From a virus (lineage: Duplodnaviria; Caudoviricetes): a stretch of DNA of 36,632 nt. The stretch lies in the IMG/VR virus record IMGVR_UViG_3300027754_000232, positions 1 to 36,632 of that record; one strand, 5' to 3'. Positions 19,801-29,800 of the stretch are shown here, one piece after another; positions within the stretch are counted from its first letter, which is position 1; the number at the start of each line of letters is the position of its first letter. Made by a program: the position numbers and the translations under genes. The notes under the pieces were generated by a model. It saw nothing but the letters and a program-made list of their open reading frames with translations, did no database searches and was not told where the DNA came from.

Positions 19801-21786
19801 ACTACCGCTTACACCAGAAGTTCCTGATGAGCCACTAGTCCCAGAAGTTCCTGATGAGCCACTTGCTCCAGATGTTCCACTACTACCACTTGCTCCAGAA
19901 GTTCCTGATGAGCCACTAGTCCCAGAAGTTCCTGATGAACCTTGTACTCCACTTATTCCAGAAGTTCCTGACGTACCGCTTGTGCCAGATGAGCCAGCAG
20001 AACCAGAAGTTCCTCTTAATCCCGCTATACTAATTGTCCAAGATGATGCAGTTGTTGTACCTAAATTATAATCAGCTGCTATGGCAAATGATGTACCACC
20101 TGTGATAGTTACAGTTCCTTCAAAATAGTTTGAAACAGTATTTACAGCTCTTACTCTAACTCCAGTTATAAATGCACCTTGCTGATTTGTTGTTAATGTT
20201 ATTGTTCCAGTTGATGCCGGTGTTGCTGATGTAGTTGATGTTACATTACCATATCCAGCTCCAGTACTTCCCGATGTGCCAGATGTACCAGCCGAACCGG
20301 ATGAACCTTGTACTCCACTTATTCCTGATGTACCAGACGTTCCCGATGAGCCACCACTACCACTTGTTCCCGATGAGCCACCACTACCACTTGTTCCCGA
20401 GGTACCACTTCCTCCACCTGCTCCACTTATACCAGATGAACCACTACTTCCTGATGAACCACTACTTCCCGATGTACCTGCACTACCAGAAGTTCCTGAT
20501 GTGCCACTTGTTCCCGATGTTCCATTTGTACCACCACCTCCAGTTATACCACCACTACCAGCACTACCGCTTGTTCCAGAAGTTCCCGATGAGCCACTTG
20601 TTCCTGAAATTCCTGATGAACCACCAGTACCACTTATACCAGATGTACCTGCTGATGCATTTGTGCCAGAAGTACCTGCTGACCCAGAAGTACCTGCTGA
20701 CCCAGAAGTTCCCGATGTGCCACTACTACCGCTTGTGCCAGAAGTTCCAGCTGAGCCCGTTGTACCACCACTACCAGAAGTTCCTGCTGAACCCGTTGTG
20801 CCAGATGAACCTGTTGAACCGCTTGTGCCAGATGTTCCTGATGTGCCAGAACTTCCACTAGTCCCGCTACTTCCGCTTGTTCCACTAGTCCCGCTACTTC
20901 CAGATGTTCCAGCTGACCCAGTTGTACCCGATGAACCTGTTGAACCAGAAGTTCCCGATGTACCAGCACTGCCAGTAGAGCCGGATGTACCACTACTTCC
21001 AGAAGTTCCTGATGTGCCACTACTACCGCTTGTTCCAGAAGTTCCAGAAGTTCCCGATGTGCCGGCTGAACCAGTTGTTCCCGATGTGCCAGAAGTTCCT
21101 GATGTACCAGACGTTGCTGCTGCTGTTTTAAAACCAATTTTACCAGTTGTAGAATTATAAACTAATACATCATTTGATAAATCGGGTGATAAAGAACCTA
21201 CTCCGAATGATAATGAACCAGTAATTCCTACACTACCAGTAAATTCTTGCTTATCATTTTGTGCATCACCAAACTTTGATGAACCACTTGCGTATATTAT
21301 AGATGATGAAATATATGTTGTAAATAATTCTAATGTATTTATTTTTCCAGCTACATTTATATCACCTTTAAAAATACCACTACCAGTTACAATAAGATAA
21401 TCTCTTATAGTTACTGAATTATTTATTTCCAATCCCCTATTTGGAGAAATTATTGCTGTTGCTGAACCCGATTTTAATCTATCTAAATCACCAATAGATG
21501 CTGCGTTTATATTAAATAATCCACTACCATCACCTTTAAATAAAGATGCTGATATTGATGATGAAATATTAGCCGAGCCACTAATTTGTGTATTTGCTTT
21601 TATTTGTAATGAAGAACCACTAGTTACTCCAATTATATTTGTTTGTACTGCAGATGAAGTAAAATTTCCTACAACACTTACAGATTCAGATGAGGCATTT
21701 AAAATAGAAGAACCACTTACAAAAAGTGATATACTATTTACACTAGTCTGATTTAAACCATTTGGATTATTACCGTTAAACGCCAT
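13831..21786 (-). CDS. Giant tail fibre/spike with Gly-X-Y (GTS) tracts, modular RAPIFYD repeats and C-terminal S74 auto-cleaving chaperone
   Basis: 2651 aa; C-terminal SDARKKTNI...LRGVYY...GLIAQE...PEVV plus coiled coil is the peptidase S74 intramolecular chaperone of trimeric fibres. Confidence 0.88.
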   Translation of the reverse strand: MAFNGNNPNGLNQTSVNSISLFVSGSSILNASSESVSVVGNFTSSAVQTNIIGVTSGSSLQIKANTQISGSANISSSISASLFKGDGSGLFNINAASIGDLDRLKSGSATAIISPNRGLEINNSVTIRDYLIVTGSGIFKGDINVAGKINTLELFTTYISSSIIYASGSSKFGDAQNDKQEFTGSVGITGSLSFGVGSLSPDLSNDVLVYNSTTGKIGFKTAAATSGTSGTSGTSGTTGSAGTSGTSGTSGTSGSSGTSGTSGSSGTSGSTGSAGTSGTSGSTGSSGTTGSAGTSGSSGTSGTSGSSGTSGSSGTSGTSGTSGSTGSSGTTGSAGTSGSGGTTGSAGTSGTSGSSGTSGTSGSAGTSGSAGTSGTNASAGTSGISGTGGSSGISGTSGSSGTSGTSGSAGSGGITGGGGTNGTSGTSGTSGTSGSAGTSGSSGSSGSSGSSGISGAGGGSGTSGTSGSGGSSGTSGSGGSSGTSGTSGISGVQGSSGSAGTSGTSGSTGAGYGNVTSTTSATPASTGTITLTTNQQGAFITGVRVRAVNTVSNYFEGTVTITGGTSFAIAADYNLGTTTASSWTISIAGLRGTSGSAGSSGTSGTSGTSGISGVQGSSGTSGTSGSSGTSGASGSSGTSGASGSSGTSGTSGSSGTSGVSGSSGTSGVSGSAGSSGTSGSSGTSGSGGTSGTSGSSGTSGTSGSGGTSGSSGTSGASGSSGTSGTSGSSGTSGTSGSGGTAGSSGTSGSSGTSGTSGTHGSSGTSGTSGSSGTSGTSGSGGTAGSSGTSGSSGTSGTSGTRGTSGSSGLLSLTGTTTNGVITLAASGAPNANVNANLTFDGTTLAVTGNATISGDLTVSGTTTYINTTTLNVGDNIITLNADITAATTPTENAGIEVKRGTQATRQFYWNESGLRWYHDADTYVAGNIGGSGNIVITGTIDTGIGATEVYLMNQNVRTSDNVTFNQIISTTGVYAAGTSGFYSTTYASNVRNPIWRFGNADAYGISYFQGTAGAYSNLDTIGIHMGTATAAGSQWQFNQTDNSFRSSGPIYVNTGANGGALYLSDTGAGLYRDNTYDVVLLQNNASGNPLYMAGAGNVVVSIDSNNNETDRKFIVGNNAVKSTNELFSVNESGAGYFASSVTIANNGSNIIMNGGASAEGITMTPTNSTTYPVFLRSRNPGSGGEASPWIYKEESTPWGIWHNNPINAIDFTRAQTSGIENNVGGGTNTVMLRMDMANGDMTAYRYMYAQRYYDYSDNSYYLDPNSTSILSVVKTGGNISTRTNNGSSLFGMFVPDGKYFTRNWSGADGGFIWPDTTYRSGLSDAPIGDVAFAGSGAWSGHRQSGWVAIDPTKTYKVSAWIRATSGNPYCYLSFTQATYNYGQPDNGGWGQPYYWNGVPPASWTEYTMTIGPAGSGAGYTWYGYAKFMQLGWLHNYLYSGYSGQAEIAGFKIEEIDNTLAANTTVLGAIYATQFIDNNDGTYLADPASTSRFSILTLTSTLNIPNNALISVNSEPDVWGARFRTTTSTTNLGAALKNIIWTGGGATEGFAISGVGTGGAAFEVRNDGIVWVKSSLRTPAVYQDYWYDSGGTFIARTGSGSGTTRHINLSNSTTDPSQASTDSGITWGQRSDSQPYYMIHVRNYNNGYYSGNHLQLAWHTGVDIGAASQYGGTRFFNNSPFTGTEIGSFGKSDNYLRADYGVLAPRYYDISNTGYYFDGLDGTNLQYLNVNGNWGSNPFGSSHAQLVITGTYASIYQTSTNGNLGYMLQHIATDGAWYLYGGRGAVNGSSWDWSQRNYPNQDGSYVEFNTSARAPIFYDRNNTAYYVNPDGFSNFGQSNGQVVTITKTGSAPGNNSTMLVTNSYGNHSWGITGEFRIEANGGTDRPSILFSNGYDSNTWSCGYGYADSSYFRINHDHGHRNGSWGTTDFYVDRSGNSYSNGSSRAPIFYDQNNTAYWLDPNATFNLNLNGAGVTFTGDTSGIHVLNAEGVSSNVRVGAAWGRPGVYNNPYFCIGAESFIEFRIGNVQNGFVQSSYLEMAGSVRGPIFYDSNNTGFFVDPNGSSRTNEFLGYKVRGDTNGIYTDNSGWWTHDPYGQGWGKPHGSFRSLEVSTSGNFSTEPAMFRIHQWGSGSCEWYKPQGTTVYLRETPGGGGSWFTRHVIERYTENTESFRAPIFYDTNNTGYYIDPNGFTEIYGGLRMSGAHGNTTSRLRLLPGNNGAGTGLCQLQMWVSEPGNTWDWGGFGFNVDNTYHDGSGPYYFSRPNTSFGSSYFRFSTAGNLYLNTMNSSGSNWRVMEWYTGGTVYANDYLTGGNSLRAPIFYDSNNTAYYTDPTGYSQMSSGEFNNYVRVARIDFIGTGGNSGQGTNAYNIFQEGGGWSYPYPDLRIAYHTGIKLGANAGSYEGTRVYSDYDMSDLCIQLAGSSNYSFKYKWMYVADVGFYTGTNSAHWYPNNSTYGTWRMDGYKNSYTGILQDVGNTPVTGMFDTGGNGGCYYQSGRWMFYHYFPYNCTGVNTSSTSPSYGMYVSGGIYSTGNIVAYSDARKKTNIVTIESALEKILKLRGVYYNRIMDEAANITTEMAEKRQTGLIAQETVDIFPEVVTYDDVNDEFGISYGSFAGLFIEGFKEQNEIIKKQSEEIKELKEILNKLIFNNKE
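19364..20012 (-). repeat. 9-bp-period coding repeat (G-[TS]-S)n, tract 2 of the 2651-aa fibre
   Basis: Runs of CCAGAAGTT / CCTGATGTG / CCACTACTT-type 9-mers; ~215 aa. Confidence 0.95.
20262..21115 (-). repeat. 9-bp-period coding repeat (G-[TS]-S)n, tract 1 of the 2651-aa fibre
   Basis: Same 9-mer units; ~285 aa; separated from tract 2 by an ~80-aa non-repetitive domain. Confidence 0.95.
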
Positions 21787-21802
21787 TTAATATATCTTTT
21801 TA

Positions 21803-22135
21803 TTATGTCAATTCTAATACCGAAACAATTACATCTGCCGAAGCTGCCAATGATGATGTAACTGATATAAAGTCTGTTGCTTCCAATACAACCTTTTGGT
21901 CTCCGCCTACCATAACATTTGAACTACCCTGTACAATCAAAGCATTTTTTACTAAAAATACACATTTATTTCCACCATTATCTCTAAGCATTACACTTAC
22001 AGAAATATTTTGTGTTGCTGTATTTGCTACGTTTACACCAATTACTGTTGCTGCTGTTCCTGCTGGTGTTTCATAAACTTTAACACCAGATGTACCTATT
22101 GAACTTGTTATACTATTTTTAAATGTATTTGCCAT
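21803..22135 (-). CDS. Small virion protein (MANTFK type), putative fibre adaptor
   Basis: 110 aa, beta-rich; VYETPAG...VANT...KVVLE...VSVLE; follows a gene ending AIAFAIALG, a pairing recalled from other phages. Confidence 0.7.
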   Translation of the reverse strand: MANTFKNSITSSIGTSGVKVYETPAGTAATVIGVNVANTATQNISVSVMLRDNGGNKCVFLVKNALIVQGSSNVMVGGDQKVVLEATDFISVTSSLAASADVIVSVLELT

Positions 22136-22149
22136 TTTATTTTATTTTT

Positions 22150-22428
22150 TTATCCTAATGCTATCGCAAATGCTATTGCCGAATCTAATACGTTTACACC
22201 GTCTACTAAATATCCACCTTGCGTTAAATATATAGAGCCTGTTATTATTTGAGAACCAGTAATAGATAATTTTTGATTTACATTCAAATAATCAAATGCA
22301 GCTTGTGACACATCAATAGTACCCTTAAACGAACCAGTAAAGGACCCAGTAAATGAACCACTTAAATTTGCGTACGCATTTGAAGCTTGTGTAATTGAAC
22401 CTGAAAATATTGGACTATGTATTACCAT
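22150..22428 (-). CDS. Short fibre-like protein with six [ST]GS motifs and AIAFAIALG tail
   Basis: 92-aa ORF with ATG/TAA, preceded by the TATTTATA motif. Confidence 0.7.
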   Translation of the reverse strand: MVIHSPIFSGSITQASNAYANLSGSFTGSFTGSFKGTIDVSQAAFDYLNVNQKLSITGSQIITGSIYLTQGGYLVDGVNVLDSAIAFAIALG

Positions 22429-22454
22429 TTATATCTATATACTTTTGTTATAGG

Positions 22455-22462
22455 TATAAATA
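22455..22462 (-). promoter_or_regulatory. TATTTATA motif, putative late promoter
   Basis: 26 nt before the ATG at 22428. Confidence 0.5.
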
Positions 22463-22477
22463 TAAACTATTTTCCTT

Positions 22478-22921
22478 TTAAGGTTTCACAGGCCAAGTTA
22501 TACTAAATGGATTAGTTTGAGATGTAATATCTCTTAAAGATTGCCTATATTGAGACCAAATTACTTTTGTTTCAGATGGAATATCTGCTAATTGTGTCCA
22601 ATCGCATTCTGCCAATAATTCATTTCGTTGAATTCGTATTATTTCCCATTGATTTTCTACTCTATAAGAAATTTCATTTGCGGTAGCATCGGTTTTTATC
22701 CAGCTTTTATAATAAACCCCATCAATTAAAGTAGGAGTTCCTTCCGTAATATTTTTTGTATGGTCAACCGGAATTGGAGTTGGTTGTACTACATGCATAT
22801 CCCATTCTATTAAAGATTCATCACTAATAATTTCAGGAAGGCTTACATTTGGAAATGCTAGTCTTAATTCATTAATAGTATATGGATAATTAATTGTATT
22901 GTTTATAATTCTTAAGTACAT
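22478..22921 (-). CDS. Tail fibre assembly chaperone-like protein
   Basis: C-terminal WEIIRIQRNELLAECDWTQLAD...YRQSLRDI...WPVKP signature. Confidence 0.85.
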   Translation of the reverse strand: MYLRIINNTINYPYTINELRLAFPNVSLPEIISDESLIEWDMHVVQPTPIPVDHTKNITEGTPTLIDGVYYKSWIKTDATANEISYRVENQWEIIRIQRNELLAECDWTQLADIPSETKVIWSQYRQSLRDITSQTNPFSITWPVKP

Positions 22922-22922
22922 A

Positions 22923-23825
22923 TTATTTAAAGTTTATAGGTATTGATGCATAATTTGTTAATCCAGTACAATTTGTAAATGCAGATGTTCCTGCTGGTGT
23001 AGGTATTCTATTCCACAATTCAGGAGCAGTTCCTGTTAAAGCATTTGTTGTAGAACTCATATTATATAAATTAGTAAAAGTTGTTACTGCAGTATTATAT
23101 GTAAATTGTAAAACATTAGTTATTGCTCTAGAATTTCTAAACGTTCCAGAAAAACTAGTCACATTTATATTTTGGTCAAATAATGTTAATGGTACTGTTG
23201 TTAATGCTTGGCATGCAAAGAAACAAGATGCAAATGAAGTTACTAAAGGAACATTATCAAATAATCCAGTTGGTATAGATGTTATTGTTGATATTGATGC
23301 AAATGTGCTATTAAATGTTGTTGCTTTTGGTGAATAATTAAATATATCCGAAGGTATTGATGTTATTCTAGTACCATTCATAAAATTAGAAAATGTAGCT
23401 ACCTCATCTAAACCAGTATATCCACCTACTGCACTTAATGATGCACTTCCAGGTATTGCTGTTAAATTTATACAACCATAAAAATTTACACTTCGTAATC
23501 CAACAGTTCCCCATTGTACTAATTCTGTTATAAGATTTCTAATTGCTGAATTATTATTTACTGCAAATCCTGGCATAAAACCACTTATTGTCACAATATA
23601 TGTACCCACACTAGCATAAGTATGAATTCTATTTACTGAATTAGATGCAGTTATTAAAGGTGATGAACTACTATCTCCCCAATTTATATATAAAGATGGC
23701 GTTAATCCACCATAATCTATTAAAGGACAAGTAAATACCGTGTTTACTGATGTTGTTGTTATTTTAAAAACAAATGGAAACGCTTGTGCTGAATCTGATG
23801 GTATTAATTTTCTTGCTATACTCAT
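22923..23825 (-). CDS. PKD-like + BspA-type leucine-rich-repeat protein, candidate receptor-binding tip
   Basis: INWGD...HTYASVGTYIVTISG followed by 25-aa repeats IPSDIFNYSPKATTFNSTF / IPTGLFDNVPLVTSFASCF / VPLTLFDQNINVTSFSGTF. Confidence 0.7.
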   Translation of the reverse strand: MSIARKLIPSDSAQAFPFVFKITTTSVNTVFTCPLIDYGGLTPSLYINWGDSSSSPLITASNSVNRIHTYASVGTYIVTISGFMPGFAVNNNSAIRNLITELVQWGTVGLRSVNFYGCINLTAIPGSASLSAVGGYTGLDEVATFSNFMNGTRITSIPSDIFNYSPKATTFNSTFASISTITSIPTGLFDNVPLVTSFASCFFACQALTTVPLTLFDQNINVTSFSGTFRNSRAITNVLQFTYNTAVTTFTNLYNMSSTTNALTGTAPELWNRIPTPAGTSAFTNCTGLTNYASIPINFK

Positions 23826-23837
23826 AAATTTTAATTA

Positions 23838-26800
23838 TTAACTAAGATTTTTTCCAACTACAAATCCATAATATGTAGTTCCATTATCAAATGTAAAGAA
23901 TGTCAATACATCCGTACCAGATGATGTTAATATAGGTGCGATACCACCAGTCCATTTAACACTAACAGGCCACGTAATAGAATATGCTCCTGCGTTTACA
24001 GACACAAAAGTAAATCCGAATGCATTTGATGCTGGTGCGTTTACTAATGATATTGTTGCAGTACCATTAAATTGTCTTCTGAAATTATTTGCCGTTGAAA
24101 GGTCTAATGTTACACTTCCACCAGTTCCCAAATTATTATAAGTTTCTCTAAATGTTGTAGATGAAATATTTCCTACTACAGATAAAGTTGTACCATCAAA
24201 TATTAAATTACTTTCAACATTTGCACCCACCGGTGTTGCGTTATAAGTTATTATACCATTATCAGTTGTTCCAGTTAATCCAAATCCAGATGAGCCCGAT
24301 GTACCAGAAGTTATTCCAGGCGCAGATGTACCAGAAGTTCCTGTGGCCCCAGACGTTCCTGATGTTCCAGAAGAAAAGCCCGGAGCGTTTGTACCACTTG
24401 TCCCATTTATACCGCTTGTGCCTGTTTGTCCAGAAGTTCCCGATGTGCCAGAAGAATATCCAGGTGCGTTTGTACCAGAAGTTCCAGCAGTGCCACTAAC
24501 TCCAGAAGTACCAGAAGTTCCCGATGAAAAGCCCGGAGCGTTTGTACCAGAAGTTCCAGAAGTACCATCTACACCAGCATTACCAGTTGAACCATTTATT
24601 CCTGATGTACCACTACTTCCAAACATTGTTCCATTTAAACCAGAAGTTCCCGATGTGCCACTTGTACCAGAAGTTCCCGATGTGCCACTTACTCCAGAAG
24701 TTCCTGATGTGCCAGAAGTTCCCGATGAACCAAACATTGTACCATTCAATCCAGAAGTTCCTGATGTGCCGCTTGTGCCAGAAGTTCCCGATGAACCACT
24801 TACTCCAGAAGTTCCCGATGTGCCAGATGTACCACTACTTCCAAATAGCGTACCATCTAATCCAGAAGTTCCTGATGTGCCAGAACTTCCTGATGTGCCA
24901 GCTGAGCCTGATGTGCCAGATGTTCCCGAAGTACCACTACTTCCAAATAACGTACCATCTAATCCCGATGTCCCAGAAGTTCCTGATGAGCCACTCACTC
25001 CAGAAGTTCCTGATGTACCACTTTCTCCAGAAGTTCCCGATGAACCACTTTCTCCAGATGTACCACTACTACCAAAGAAAGTTCCATCTAATCCACTAGT
25101 ACCTGATGTACCATCCATACCAGAAGTTCCTGATGTACCAGCTCCAGAAGTTCCTGATGTGCCATCACTTCCAGAAGTTCCCGATGAACCAAAGAAAGTT
25201 CCATCCAATCCAGATGTTCCCGATGTGCCGCTTGTTCCTGATGTTCCAGAAGTTCCAGCTCCACTAGTTCCAGAAGTACCATCACCACCACTCGTACCAC
25301 TACTTCCAAAGAAAGTTCCATTTAAGCCCGATGTTCCAGATGTGCCGCTTGTTCCTGATGTTCCAGAAGTTCCAGCTCCAGAAGTTCCTGATGAGCCACC
25401 ACTTCCAGATGTTCCACTACTACCAAAGAAAGTTCCGTTTAATCCAGAAGTTCCAGAAGTACCCGATGTACCATTTTGTCCAGAAGTTCCTGAAGTTCCA
25501 TCACTACCATTTATTCCACTTGTGCCAGAAGTTCCGCTTGTGCCGCTTGTACCACTACTACCAAAGAAAGTTCCGTTTAATCCAGAAGTTCCTGATGTAC
25601 CACTTACTCCCGATGTACCACTACTTCCACTTGTGCCAGAAGTTCCACTACTTCCAAAATATGTTCCATCAAGTCCAGAAGTTCCCGATGTACCATTACT
25701 ACCATTTATTCCACTTGTGCCAGAAGTTCCTGATGTACCGCTTGTTCCCGATGTGCCATTACTTCCAGAAGTTCCCGATGAACCATTACTTCCAGATGTG
25801 CCGCTTGTACCAGCACTACCATTAGTACCGCTCGTACCGCTTGTGCCGCTTGTACCAGAAGTTCCATTACTTCCCGATGTGCCACTTGTACCATTTGAAC
25901 CGCTCGTGCCGCTTGTGCCATCACTACCACTTATTCCAGAAGTTCCCGATGTACCAGAAGTTCCATTAGAGCCGCTTGCTCCAGAAGTTCCATTAGAGCC
26001 GCTTGTGCCAGAAGTTCCATTAGAGCCGCTTGCTCCAGAAGTTCCTGCTGAACCATTTGTGCCAGAAGTTCCATTACTACCATTAGTTCCTGATGTGCCA
26101 GAAGTTCCATCACTACCACTCGTTCCTGATGTGCCGCTTGTTCCTGATGTTCCATTAGTACCAATACCACTCGTACCACTACTACCACCACTACCATTTG
26201 TTCCAGAAGTTCCTGATGTGCCATCACTACCACTTGTACCGCTTGTGCCAGAAGTTCCCGCTGAGCCCGTTGTACCACCACTACCAGACGTTCCCGATGT
26301 GCCAGAAGTTCCTGATGAGCCGGATGTACCAGACGAACCATCTGAACCCGATGTGCCAGAAGTTCCGGCGCTTCCAGTAGTCCCAGAAGTTCCTGATGTG
26401 CCACTACTACCGCTTGTTCCAGAAGTTCCGCTACTGCCAGATGTACCAGCTGAACCAGTTGTACCCGATGACCCCGTTGAACCAGAAGTTCCTGATGTAC
26501 CCGCCGAACCAGTTGTGCCAGACGTCCCACTACTTCCACTTGTGCCACTACTTCCTGAAGTTCCTGAAGTTCCGCTTATACCATCACTACCAGAAGTTCC
26601 TGATGTGCCAGAAGTTCCTGATGAGCCAGATGTGCCAGATGAACCTCCACTTCCAGACGTACCACCACTACCAGAAGTTCCCGATGAACCTGCTGCTCCA
26701 CTACTTCCGCTTGTGCCAGAAGTTCCTGATGAGCCACTACTTCCACCCGTACCCGTTGAGCCGGATGTTCCTGCGGTGCCGCTTGTACCGGATGAACCAC

Positions 26801-29800
26801 CTGTACCAGTTGACCCAGAAGTTCCCGATGTACCACTACTACCCGTTGACCCAGAAGTTCCTGATGTGCCACTACTACCACTTGTTCCCGATGAGCCGCT
26901 TGTTCCACTACTACCAGCAGTACCGCTACTACCAGTCGAACCACTTGTGCCGCTTGTACCAGATGACCCACTACTTCCGCTTGTTCCAGAAGTTCCTGAT
27001 GTGCCAGATGTTGCTGATGTACCGCTTGTGCCAGAAGTTCCTGATGTGCCGCTTGTTCCACTACTGCCAGAAGTTCCCGATGTGCCGCTTGTGCCAGAAG
27101 TTCCCGATGTACCATCCGAACCAGTTGTTCCTGATGTGCCAGAAGTTCCCGATGTACCATCCGAACCAGTTGTTCCTGATGTGCCAGAAGTTCCCGATGT
27201 GCCGCTTGTGCCAGAAGTTCCCGATGTACCATCCGAACCAGTTGTTCCTGATGTGCCAGAAGTTCCCGATGAACCATTACTACCACTTGTGCCAGAAGTT
27301 CCCGATGTACCATCCGAACCGGTTGTGCCAGAAGTTCCCGATGAACCACTTTCTCCCGATGTGCCAGATGTGCCAGCTGAACCAGTCGAACCAGCTGAGC
27401 CAGCCGTACCAGCAGAACCTCCTGTACCAGAAGAACCTTGTACACCTGCTATATTTCTTTTTTCTAATCTTTTTGTTATACTATTCCAAACTACTACATC
27501 TTCGGATGAACCAGATATAAGTGCATTTATTGATAAGCTACCACTCACACCTAAACTACCACTAATTGTAAGTGATGCATTTATTGTTTGGTCTTTATTA
27601 ATTTGTAAAAAAGATGCCGTATCAGTATTACCAGAAGATAATGCAAACATTGCGTAAGATGCTGTATATGCCAATGATGCAGTACCAACAAACATTGAAG
27701 CCGTTTGTGTTTTTTGTATAAAGTTTGTTGTATCTAATGCGCCCCCACCACCTAATATAGTTACCAATACACCATTTGAACCAGATGATGTCACATCAAC
27801 ACCAGAACCAGTAAAATGAATTTTTCCTACTTGTGCTTTTACTAATGAACTGGTTTGGTATATAAATAATTCAGTACCACCACCAGCTCCTGCGTTTAAT
27901 GCATATGATGCGGTTAATGCGTAAGAAGAACTTACTGCACTAAACACCGCCATTGACGATGTTTGAGAATTTCTAACTAAATTTTGAATATCACTCAATG
28001 CTGATAATGATGCTGAATCAAATCCGGTAACATTTTTTGCTGTTTCTGCAACGAGTGCGTATGATGCAGAAAGTACAGAACCAATAACTCTATCACCCTG
28101 TATTGTACCACTAATTAAAGAACCACCACTACCAATTACAACATGCCCAGAAGTTAATCCAGAAAATTTAACTTGAATAGTATTTGCATCTATCGATTTA
28201 ATTGTACCAGCCATAATCTGGTCTTCCGAACCAGTTGCATATACCTGAACTATTGGATACAAAATATTTAAATTATGTATAACAGTCAAATCACTTACAT
28301 TACTAAACCCTACAGTTTGAGTTAATGATGTTTCAGGTTGTGGAATATAATGTCCTCTAGTTGGGTCAAATCTTAAAATATTATAATCAATACTTGCCGT
28401 AGGTCCATTTCCCTGATATGCGTATGTTCCTAATAAACCTCCACTTACTATTGGAGAATATATTGAGGTACTTCCAGTTATTTTATTAGCTCTTAGATTA
28501 TTTCCAACATATACATCTCCCCAAATACTAGCTGATGCGTTTACTATAAATCCTTTATCAGGAGAAATTGATGCAGTAAATGAACCACTTTTTAATATAA
28601 ATGTTTCAAATGATATATTTGCTAAACTAATATTTGTTAAACCACTACCATCTCCAACATATGCAGAACCACTTTGGAGTACCATATTCCCACCACTAAC
28701 AAATACCGAACCACTTACAGTTAATGAACCAGAAAATATTCTAACAGATGTATTTACCTCAAATCCTTTATTTGGAGAAATTATACCCTGAGCTGAACCA
28801 GATTGAATTCTATCTAACTTAAGGTCTTGTAATGCGTTTGCAGGAATATTAAATAATCCACCACCATCACCAATATAAAGTGCGGCAGTTATAGCTGTAT
28901 TTACATTTAATTGATTTGGACTTATTATAGCTTTACCAGAACCAGATTGAATTCTATCTAATTGAAGGTCTTGTAATGCTGATGCAGGTATATTGAACAA
29001 TCCACCGCCATCACCTTCAAAACGAGATGCTGATATTGAACCACTAATATTAACCGAACCAGTAAATATAGAACCATAGTAAGAACCAGAATTAGAACCT
29101 ACGCTAGAAAACGTACCTTTAGTTGTAACAACAAATTGTATTCCACTTTGTACGGATGCAGTTGCTGAACCACTTGCTATTAATGGTGCTGCTGATGCTT
29201 GTACGTTTGTTAATTGAGAACCATCTCCACTAAATGAAAATGCTTTAACACTACCACTTACATCAATAGAACCAGTAAATCTAGAACCAATAGCTGAACC
29301 AGTTGCTCCAGTTGTTACTACAAAAGAATTTCCACTTTGAACCGATGCAGTTGCAGAACCACTACCAATGAAAGGTGCTGCAGCTGCTTGTACATTACTA
29401 ATATATCTACCATCACCTAATATAAATTGAGCTTTTAAACTACCACTAACATCAACACTACCAGTTATAAGAGTACCAATTTGATAATCTAAACCAGAAC
29501 CTGTTGCTCCAGTTGTTATTATAAATGTATTTCCACTTTGTACGGATGCCGTTGCTGAACCACTTGCTATCAATGGTGCTGCGGTCGCTTGAACATTTGT
29601 TAATTGAGAACCATCTCCTATAAAATTAAATGCTCTTAATGAACCACTAACATCAACCGAACCAGTGAATTGAGAACCAAAATTAGAACCACTAAAAATA
29701 TTAGCTGCTATTACTCTAAATCCAAATACAGGAGATACGGATGCTGTTACAGAACCTGATTTAATTTCAGTACTAATAAGTGCATCTTCTGTTAATGCTG

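Noticed and set aside
19103-21160. Plus-strand 322-, 294-, 208-, 165-aa ORFs and minus off-frame ORFs
   Set aside because: Same shadow effect over the GTS tracts of the 2651-aa fibre.
24290-27440. Possible CRISPR array or non-coding satellite
   Set aside because: No constant repeat with unique spacers; repeat is in frame within an intact ORF and varies at synonymous positions.
24343-27657. 1104-aa plus-strand Pro/Val/Asp/Glu ORF and other frames (MCQKF.., HQELL..) over the GTS tract
   Set aside because: Antisense/off-frame shadows of a low-complexity 9-bp repeat; Gly GGN gives Pro-rich antisense and stops are scarce. No independent expression signals.
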